Below are positions 9,461 to 16,726 of a stretch of 64,000 nucleotides of DNA, piece by piece. The stretch covers positions 3,369-67,368 of the forward strand of contig JAZRLB010000007.1 in the NCBI GenBank assembly GCA_045646625.1. Direction: 5' to 3'. Within the stretch, counting starts at the first letter, position 1, and every line of letters starts with the position of its first letter. The notes below the pieces were generated by a model that was not told the origin of the DNA, did no database searches, and was given only the letters and a program-made list of their open reading frames with translations. The DNA comes from Candidatus Enterousia sp. (GTDB lineage: Bacteria; Pseudomonadota; Alphaproteobacteria; Rs-D84). Position numbers and translations under genes: made by a program.

Positions 9461-10024
9461 GTGGTTATGAAAAAAATTGAATCTGTTCAGGAATTTGTCG
9501 AAGCGCTGGATGCAGTAAAAAAAGTAAATCCAAAAGATTTATCAAGCGACCAAGATTTGACAATCGGTATTATGAACCTGATTTCAATCGAAGAGCATTT
9601 GATGTTTTCTGGTGCCAAAACGGGTAAAACACAATTCTATGATTTGATTAATGAAGTGCGTGAAATGCGTAAAAATGCGATGCTGAAAATTATTCCATCG
9701 TACGAGGGCGAGGTTTGGTGCATTTCTAAGCATTTGTTGGCGGCATCTATGCGCGTGTTCGAAGTTGGAACCAAAGCTTTGGCCGCAGGGGATAAGGAAA
9801 CGGCGTATTCTTTGTTTGACCAATCGTATGAACTGTATTGTATGTTCTGGGGATTGAATATGGGTATGTTGACCGGGGAAAAAAAGGATGTAAAGTCCGC
9901 AAAAAAAGCTGCGCCGGTCAAGGCAGAATCAGCACCAGCTGTAAAGGAAGAAAAAGCACCCAAGGGTGGTATGAGCAAGTTAAAAAGCTGGGTTAAGAAC
10001 GCCGTTAACTGCTGTATCGAGTAA
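9461..10024 (+). CDS. Helical hypothetical protein ending in CCIE
   Basis: AAGGAG SD, 6 nt after the previous gene; SIEEH, WCISKH motifs. Confidence 0.8.
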   Translation: MVMKKIESVQEFVEALDAVKKVNPKDLSSDQDLTIGIMNLISIEEHLMFSGAKTGKTQFYDLINEVREMRKNAMLKIIPSYEGEVWCISKHLLAASMRVFEVGTKALAAGDKETAYSLFDQSYELYCMFWGLNMGMLTGEKKDVKSAKKAAPVKAESAPAVKEEKAPKGGMSKLKSWVKNAVNCCIE

Positions 10025-10344
10025 AATTAAATATAATAATCAATCTGTGGGCGGTTCTGATAACTCGTGTACCCCGTGTACACTTCGTTATCCGAACCGT
10101 TCCACATCTTAATCATTCTATTTAATTTTATTATAATTAATCTGTGGGCGGTTCTGACAACTCGTGTACCCGTGTACACTTCGTTATCCGAACCGTTCCA
10201 CATCTTAATCATTCTATTTAATTTTATTATAATCAATCTGTGGTCGGTTCTGACAACTCGTGTACCCCGTGTACACTTCGTTATCCGAACCGTTCCACAT
10301 CTTAATCATTCTATTTAATTTTGTAATAATCAATCTGTGGGCGG
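10022..10344. repeat. Tandem array of three ~97-bp palindromic units plus a partial fourth (ERIC/RPE-like)
   Basis: AATCTGTGG recurs at 10042, 10139, 10235, 10332; core CTCGTGTACCC(C)GTGTACACTTCG. Confidence 0.9.
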
Positions 10345-10441
10345 GGCGACATATTGTGTATTACGATGTCGAACCTATCTTGTATATATGCTTGTAATGT
10401 ATATCAAAAAAATGTAAAATATAATAAAACAGGATTTATAT

Positions 10442-10984
10442 ATGTTAAAGTGTATTTTTATTTCTTTGATTGTCGTTTTTATGTCTATTGCGGCCAATGC
10501 GGCAACTTTTACTTCGTGTGGGCCGGGCTATGTCTTGGTTGAATCGCGCAAGAAGATTGATGGTATCCCCAGTGCAGAATGTCAAAAACTGTGGTGTCGT
10601 GATTTGGAAACAGGTAAGACAATGGGTGATGGTGACAGGGCAAATGGTGGATATAAAGCAACAAGTTTTCCATCCGAATTATGTGATGCAGAAAAAAACT
10701 GTGTCGAATGTTGGGGTGAGCGCAAGTGGTGCGGAGGTGAAGTTGTAGGGGAATGGAATCCAAAGTATGGCGCATATACCCGTGGTGGTGATAATGCAAC
10801 ATATCAATCCTATCAAAAAGGTACCTGTTTCGCGTGGCGTTTGGAGAAGCCAGACTGTGATGATGGAATGTCCGCAATTCTGCAAAATGGCAATTGGATT
10901 TGTGTAAAGGAATCAAATAAAGGTGAGGCCGCACGTGCATCAACAATGCGCAGAACCGGTACCATTAAAAGAATAGGGCGCTAG
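10442..10984 (+). CDS. Secreted cysteine-rich hypothetical protein
   Basis: Signal peptide (ANA-A), about 10 Cys in the mature part. Confidence 0.75.
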   Translation: MLKCIFISLIVVFMSIAANAATFTSCGPGYVLVESRKKIDGIPSAECQKLWCRDLETGKTMGDGDRANGGYKATSFPSELCDAEKNCVECWGERKWCGGEVVGEWNPKYGAYTRGGDNATYQSYQKGTCFAWRLEKPDCDDGMSAILQNGNWICVKESNKGEAARASTMRRTGTIKRIGR

Positions 10985-11099
10985 GTTTTTATCCCGGATT
11001 TAATCTGGGATTTTTTTTGGACAAAAGTTTGTTTTTCGACTTTTTTTATGATATAATAGCCAGGACAGAGAGAATGGCAACCGTAAAAAGGTATCCATA

Positions 11100-11660
11100 A
11101 TGCCAAGTAAAAAGTTAGATTTTAAAACAGGACAGTATGTTGTTTATCCAACCCAGGGGGTTGGTAAGTTGCTGCGTATCGAAGAGCAAACAATCGCAGG
11201 TCAGAAGATAAAAATGATGGTGATTGACTTTGAACGTAACCATATGACATTGCGTGTGCCACTGGAACGTGCGGAAATTTCAGGTTTGCGTCCACTGACT
11301 ACTGCTAAGAAAATGGACGAAGCAATTGCGTCGGCCAAGGGTAAGGCCGGTGCAAAACGTATGATTTGGGCGCGTCGTGCTGCGCAATATGAAGAAAATA
11401 TTAATTCCGGTGATCCAATGAAACTGGCCGAGGTAGTACGTGACCTGCAACGGCGTAGTGCGGCAGATACTATGACATTTTCTGCCCGTCAACTGTATTT
11501 GCGTGCGCTGGAACGTATGGCTCAGGAATTTGCGGTTCTGCATAAAATTGATTTAGACACCGCATCCGATAAGATTGAAGATATTTTAGGTGTTCCCAAG
11601 GAAATTGACCTGAATGCGGTTGAAGCGGATGATGAAGATGAGATAGAGGAAGATTCCTGA
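11100..11660 (+). CDS. carD: CarD/CdnL transcription regulator
   Basis: F..G..VVYP..GVG, LRVP, GLRPL, W.RR...YE..INSGD motifs. Confidence 0.93.
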   Translation: MPSKKLDFKTGQYVVYPTQGVGKLLRIEEQTIAGQKIKMMVIDFERNHMTLRVPLERAEISGLRPLTTAKKMDEAIASAKGKAGAKRMIWARRAAQYEENINSGDPMKLAEVVRDLQRRSAADTMTFSARQLYLRALERMAQEFAVLHKIDLDTASDKIEDILGVPKEIDLNAVEADDEDEIEEDS

Positions 11661-11743
11661 TTTGATATACCCCCCACCATTCAGGTGGGGTGTTTTTATG
11701 CTTGATTTTTTATGTTCTGTACGTATAATTGGCAGGAGGTTTG

Positions 11744-11817
11744 GCCCTAATAGTCTAGTGGTAAAACACGTCCTTGGTAAGGACGAGTCGCAAGTCCGAT
11801 TCTTGCTTAGGGCACCA
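11744..11817 (+). tRNA. tRNA-Thr(GGT)
   Basis: Cloverleaf GCCCTAA/TTAGGGC, loop TTGGTAA, CCA; T-loop TCCGATT. Confidence 0.92.
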
Positions 11818-11906
11818 GAAATTCCCCTTCGGGGGATTTTTTTTTAGGTGATTGTATAAAATCACAATCTGTTGAATTTTTGTTTTTTGTGGGTTATAAT
11901 ATATAT

Positions 11907-12066
11907 GCGCTGGGGTATTCCCAGTGTGGGGTGTAGAAACCTTTTCTAGAACGTCCAGATGACGAAAAAATCTCCAATCCAGGTGGTTGGAGGGCTGTGA
12001 TATATATGAATAAACAGCACTATCTTTCTAGAATAGTTTCTAACCTCCGACCGCTTTTGTTTTTTT
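11907..12066 (+). promoter_or_regulatory. Structured leader with mutually exclusive helices (attenuator-like)
   Basis: TTGAAT/TATAAT promoter at 11873-11900; 11928-11951 pairs with 12026-12048; alternatively 11983-11993 pairs with 12044-12054 followed by a T tract. Confidence 0.55.
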
Positions 12067-12107
12067 CAATTGCGGTTTTGTTTTGTAAAAACAAAAGAGG
12101 GTGCGTA

Positions 12108-12290
12108 ATGTCGTCTGGGAAAAGGATAGAAGAAATCAGGCAAGAATTAAAAATACCCGTTTATATAATGTGCAATATGTTAAATATTGATTCTGAAATC
12201 GAATATGACCGAATAATACACGGGCATACTAAGTTAACAAACTATCAGAAAATTATGGTTGTGTCGGAAACGCGCAAGATGTTAGAATAA
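12108..12290 (+). CDS. Small XRE/HTH-like protein
   Basis: GAGG SD; GKRIEEIRQELKI....MCNMLNI....Y.RI..G pattern. Confidence 0.55.
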   Translation: MSSGKRIEEIRQELKIPVYIMCNMLNIDSEIEYDRIIHGHTKLTNYQKIMVVSETRKMLE

Positions 12291-12317
12291 AAATCCCGCG
12301 ATTGCGGGACTTTTAAT

Positions 12318-12710
12318 TTACAACTTTTCAACATAGTCTATGTCGATTTCAGTGCTGAACAGGCCACGGTCAACTTCGCCGTACAGTTTTACTGTGTCAG
12401 TTGGTGAAACCGTTTGGCCGCGCCAATCGTCATCGTCGATTTCAATGGTGATTGAACCGGTGCCATCTTCGAACAGGTATTTTTCGTCGCCCATACGTTG
12501 GATGATTTTGCCGCGGATGATAACAGGTACATCGTCGCGCATTTCATTAACCTGTTTTACAGTGACAATTGTTTCAGCGCCACTGACAAAGCCGCCGCGT
12601 TCGGCAGGGGCGGTCGCAGTTGCAGCCGGTGCATCTGGACCCGAAAATTCAGCAGATGCCGCACCAACAGTCAGGATACCCAACAGGGCAAAAAATGGAA
12701 TTTTTTTCAT
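12318..12710 (-). CDS. YgiW/YdeI-family bacterial OB-fold stress protein
   Basis: Signal peptide, GGF.., DDVPVIIRGKI, YLFEDGTGSITIEIDDD.W. Confidence 0.9.
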   Translation of the reverse strand: MKKIPFFALLGILTVGAASAEFSGPDAPAATATAPAERGGFVSGAETIVTVKQVNEMRDDVPVIIRGKIIQRMGDEKYLFEDGTGSITIEIDDDDWRGQTVSPTDTVKLYGEVDRGLFSTEIDIDYVEKL

Positions 12711-12854
12711 ATCTGGTTCCTTTGGTTTTGTTTATGATGAAATTATAGCATATGTGGTCCAGAAATTGTCTAGGATTTTTTATGTTGTGTTTTTTATATT
12801 AAATGCTTGATTTTTATTTCATATATTATATAATCCGTTGGCTTTGAATTTGTT

Positions 12855-12929
12855 GCGGGCATAGTACAAAGGCTAGTATGCAAGCCTTCCAAGCTTGAAA
12901 TGCGGGTTCGATTCCCGCTGCCCGCACCA
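12855..12929 (+). tRNA. tRNA-Gly(TCC)
   Basis: GCGGGCA/TGCCCGC stem, CTTCCAA loop, CCA; discriminator A. Confidence 0.92.
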
Positions 12930-12959
12930 AAAAACAAGTTTTTGTTTTTTGGACGGATT

Positions 12960-13046
12960 GGGCGTGCGCCGGAGTTGGAGAGCCGGGGCAGACTGTAAAT
13001 CTGTTGGCTTAAGCCTGAGCTGGTTCGAATCCAGCCACTCCCACCA
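12960..13046 (+). tRNA. tRNA-Tyr(GTA)
   Basis: CTGTAAA loop, long variable arm, TTCGAAT, CCA. Confidence 0.9.
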
Positions 13047-13207
13047 TAAAAACAACCGACCGTTGGGTCGGTTTTTTTTATGGTTTGGGCAGGCTGAGAT
13101 GAGAACCAGCGGAAAAGTCGCGAAGCGACGACTGGTTCGAGCCGTAGGCGAAAGGGGCCCATAGAGCGAAAGCGAATATGGGAATTACAATCCAGCCACT
13201 CCCACCA
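13028..13207 (+). repeat. 19-bp tRNA-Tyr 3'-end direct repeat flanking a structured ~140-bp insert
   Basis: AATCCAGCCACTCCCACCA at 13028-13046 and 13189-13207. Confidence 0.85.
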
Positions 13208-13333
13208 GAAATAAAAATACCCCCGAATGGGGGTGTTTTTATTTTGGTATGGTAGGGTGTCTGGATGCGCCAGAGCGTCAGCCACCACGCCAGTGTTTGC
13301 CACAAAAAAACCGACCATTTGGTCGGTTGGGCA

Positions 13334-13663
13334 TTATCGTGTCATTTCGTCCAGTGTGCGAAGCATTGAATCAATTGCATCGGTGGTGGATTTGATTCCT
13401 TCTTGGACGGATTGATTCATCGTTCCTGTCATCAACATTAAGTTGCGCTGTTGTTCCAATGCTGTTCTGGGTGTGTCAAATACAACAGTGTCCAGTAATT
13501 TTGATTGACCTTCTATCATTTGGGATACGATGTTTACACCCTCGTTAAATCCAGGACCCAGTTTTTTTGTTTTTGATTTCGCAACAATGCGTTTTAATTC
13601 ACTGGCGCGTTTTGCTAGTTCGGCCTGTGCGGTGTTAACCCGGTCGTTCACAATATCTGTCAT
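13334..13663 (-). CDS. Orphan helical hypothetical protein
   Basis: AAGGA SD, 109-aa ORF. Confidence 0.65.
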   Translation of the reverse strand: MTDIVNDRVNTAQAELAKRASELKRIVAKSKTKKLGPGFNEGVNIVSQMIEGQSKLLDTVVFDTPRTALEQQRNLMLMTGTMNQSVQEGIKSTTDAIDSMLRTLDEMTR

Positions 13664-13716
13664 AGTAAATCCTTTTGTTTGGTTGTTTTAGATTATATCA
13701 CGATTTTGAAGAAACA

Positions 13717-15330
13717 TCAATCTTCGTACACTTCGTATTCGTCAATATAACTGCGTGAGACTGATTCTAGTTTTATTGGGGTAAAGTTCTGGGGCTGAAT
13801 TGTATCCCCGTCGTCTTCGGGTAAAATCGCAACAATTTGGCTTTTTTGAATCATTGGGGCAACGCTGATGTTGGTGCCGATTGTTTTGCTGCGATATTTG
13901 GATGCTAGACGTTCGGGCAGACGGATATAGTCGTCTGGGTCGATGCCCGGTGTTTCCAGGTCCATAGGTGCCGCAGGTGTGATATGACGCTGTTCAATAT
14001 TATATAAAGGTGACATAAAGTTTGTAGGGGCAGATTTTATTTCGCGTGGTGTGCCCGTGCCATCCAGTTCAACAATGCGCAATGCGCGTTCAGATGCCCC
14101 TGTTGGTTGCATACGGAACAGGCCGTCTGTGCCCATATAACCACTGGGGTCCAACAAATATGCGGCTGTGGATTTGTCAGAATACATCATTCCGATTGCC
14201 ATATTGGTGGCGTCAAATCCAAATGTCGCCAGACGGTTCGGGGTCGTGCCTGAAATCATTTCGTATTGGGCGGAAAATTCAGGATTTGTGTCAGGCATTG
14301 TTGCAAATTTTGCACCGGTCATTGTCAAGTCAGATGCAATATCAGACCCGTCCCACATTGTTGTGCCATAGAAACGTGCGTCGCGTGCGGGAACATCAAA
14401 ATAGCGCAAATATGATGCCAGTGATTTGGTGTCGTCGCCACCGCCAAGGAACAATACTGCGTCATAAGGAATGCGACCGATTGTGTCAACCTTTTCCAGT
14501 TTTTCCAACTGGGTGTTCAGATTAGATTTTTCAACCACAGTCAGGCGTTCATTTGTCAGGACGTCGGATATAACCTGGCGGGCGCGCGTGTGGGCCGCAG
14601 TCCGAGAATTATACATGGATGCAGTGCCAGCTGCACTTTTTATTGAATCTGGATTGCCTGGTTCATAATAGAATATGCCCGTCAGGGGTAATTCGTAAAT
14701 CTGGGCCGCGTTTTTGGCTGTGCCTGCCATCAGGGTGCCTGATTTTGTGTCTGGGGCCAGAATAATAAACTGTTTCACGTCGTCCGATTTCATTTCGCGG
14801 ACAATTGTTTCAACACCGTTTGTTGGCATTAAATTCATTGTCATTAAACCGTCACCCAGGGCGTCTGCGTCAGATGTAAACGATAAAACAGGCAGGTGTT
14901 CAGGTTTGGTGTCACGTAATGCCTTGGCATCGTTTGAAAATACAGGGCCAACAATGATTTCTGGGTTTGCAGACAGAGCGTTCTGAATCGTTTCTGTCAG
15001 ATTTTTATTTGTATCATAGAATGATACGGTCAGACCATTCGGCGCGTTTTTAAGAACCGCCATTTCGACCGAAGTACGTATTGTTTTGCCAATTGGTGCA
15101 TGGTCCCCAGATAGTGGTAATAATACAGCCATTTTATGTGTGTCTGAGGATGCGTCGTGTGTGCCATAACCGTCAGACATTGTGCCATACATTTGTGATG
15201 GGGTGCCAGTTGGCTGCATAGTTTCGTATTCGTCAAACCAATTTATGTCAGATGTAGGGCCGTCTGTGGTTGCACAACCTGCTAAGATTAAAACTGCGAT
15301 AAAATATCCAAAAATTTTGTTTATATACAT
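13717..15330 (-). CDS. LpoA/LppC-like penicillin-binding protein activator lipoprotein
   Basis: LAGC lipobox, AVLLPLSG, IIVGP, G.DGLFR; divergent from rsmI, the usual context. Confidence 0.85.
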   Translation of the reverse strand: MYINKIFGYFIAVLILAGCATTDGPTSDINWFDEYETMQPTGTPSQMYGTMSDGYGTHDASSDTHKMAVLLPLSGDHAPIGKTIRTSVEMAVLKNAPNGLTVSFYDTNKNLTETIQNALSANPEIIVGPVFSNDAKALRDTKPEHLPVLSFTSDADALGDGLMTMNLMPTNGVETIVREMKSDDVKQFIILAPDTKSGTLMAGTAKNAAQIYELPLTGIFYYEPGNPDSIKSAAGTASMYNSRTAAHTRARQVISDVLTNERLTVVEKSNLNTQLEKLEKVDTIGRIPYDAVLFLGGGDDTKSLASYLRYFDVPARDARFYGTTMWDGSDIASDLTMTGAKFATMPDTNPEFSAQYEMISGTTPNRLATFGFDATNMAIGMMYSDKSTAAYLLDPSGYMGTDGLFRMQPTGASERALRIVELDGTGTPREIKSAPTNFMSPLYNIEQRHITPAAPMDLETPGIDPDDYIRLPERLASKYRSKTIGTNISVAPMIQKSQIVAILPEDDGDTIQPQNFTPIKLESVSRSYIDEYEVYED

Positions 15331-15378
15331 TGAAAAATCCATTTTATTTTGTATCATTTTACTATAAAAGGAATTCGA

Positions 15379-16179
15379 ATGCAATCAGGGCTTTATATTG
15401 TTGGTACACCAATAGGAAATTTATCGGATATGTCGCCACGTGCGATTGAGACTTTGCAGAATGTTGACTTGATTGCGGCCGAAGATACACGCGTATTTGG
15501 CAAGTTGGCGGCACACTTTGATATAAAAACCAAGCGTGTGTCGTGTCACGAACATAATGAACGTGATGTGGTGGCCGATTTAATAGAAAAAATTCAAAAT
15601 GGTATGGCGGTTGCCTGTGTGTCAGATGCAGGTATGCCGGGGATTTCGGACCCGGGTTTCAGATTGGTGCGGGCGGCGCGCGCATCGGGTGTGCCTGTGT
15701 TTGTTGTGCCGGGGCCGGTGGCGTGTGTGTCTGCGTTGGTGTTGTCAGGATTTCCAACAGACAGATTTACGTTCTGTGGGTTTTTTGATGAAAAAAAGTT
15801 GCGTGATGATAACAAGATTCCTCATACCATTATTTATTACGAAAGCCCAAATCGTGTTATGGAAACAGTCGCCGCAATGGCGCGTGTTATGCCGGAACGA
15901 CAAATTGCAATTGTGCGCGAAATTACAAAAATTCACGAAGAAGCGATTATAGGGTATCCTGCAGAATTGGTGAATATTACACCGCCACGTGGTGAAATTG
16001 TTATCGTTGTTGCACCACGGCCTGAAATTAAAATGTCGGATGCACAGATTTCAGAAATCGTAAATGATATTGCAGCAACGTCTATGAAATCAGCAGCGGC
16101 TGATTTGGCGGCGCGTACGGGAATTTCAAAAAAAGAAGCGTATAAACGGTTGCTGAACAAAGGTGATGGAAATGATTAA
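15379..16179 (+). CDS. rsmI: 16S rRNA C1402 2'-O-methyltransferase
   Basis: LYIVGTPIGNL.D, AEDTR, SDAGMPGISDPG, REITKIHEE. Confidence 0.95.
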   Translation: MQSGLYIVGTPIGNLSDMSPRAIETLQNVDLIAAEDTRVFGKLAAHFDIKTKRVSCHEHNERDVVADLIEKIQNGMAVACVSDAGMPGISDPGFRLVRAARASGVPVFVVPGPVACVSALVLSGFPTDRFTFCGFFDEKKLRDDNKIPHTIIYYESPNRVMETVAAMARVMPERQIAIVREITKIHEEAIIGYPAELVNITPPRGEIVIVVAPRPEIKMSDAQISEIVNDIAATSMKSAAADLAARTGISKKEAYKRLLNKGDGND

Positions 16180-16726
16180 ATTTGTAGGCAGTTTTGAAAC
16201 TGTAAAATCCCTGCCGAATACTCATTTTGCAGAATATGCTTTTATTGGGCGCAGTAATGTGGGAAAATCTTCGCTGATTAACGCGGTTGTGGGGGCGCCA
16301 ATTGCGCGTACGTCTAATACGCCTGGGCGCACACAAAGTCTGAATTTGTTTAATCTGGATGACCGGGTGATGATTGTTGATTTGCCGGGATATGGTTATG
16401 CAAAAGTTTCAAAAACAGATGCCTTGCGTTGGCTGAACAGGTTGGAAGAGTATTTGATAACGCGTCGTCAATTAAAGCGCTTGTTTGTTCTGATTGATTC
16501 GCGCATTGGACCAAAGGACGCAGATTTAGATTTAATGGATTTTTGTGATGTAAATGCAATTCCATATCAAATCGTATATACCAAGAAAGATAAAAAAGTG
16601 CGTGAAGCAAAACAATTGGAAATCAAGCATACAGACCACGGTGCAATGGTGTCTGAAATATTACAGACATCGGCGGAAAAGAAAACGGGGTTGGATGAAA
16701 TAAGGGGAACTCTTGGCATTAAATAA
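16172..16726 (+). CDS. engB: Ribosome biogenesis GTPase YihA/YsxC
   Basis: GRSNVGKSSLIN, TPGRTQ, DLPGYGYA, TK.DK. Confidence 0.95.
   Translation: MIKFVGSFETVKSLPNTHFAEYAFIGRSNVGKSSLINAVVGAPIARTSNTPGRTQSLNLFNLDDRVMIVDLPGYGYAKVSKTDALRWLNRLEEYLITRRQLKRLFVLIDSRIGPKDADLDLMDFCDVNAIPYQIVYTKKDKKVREAKQLEIKHTDHGAMVSEILQTSAEKKTGLDEIRGTLGIK

Noticed and set aside
10022-10344. CRISPR array
   Set aside because: Whole ~97-bp units are near-identical with no unique spacers, and there are no cas genes in the window
12794-13318. 174-aa minus-strand ORF and neighbouring short ORFs
   Set aside because: Antisense to tRNA-Gly, tRNA-Tyr and the repeat; spurious
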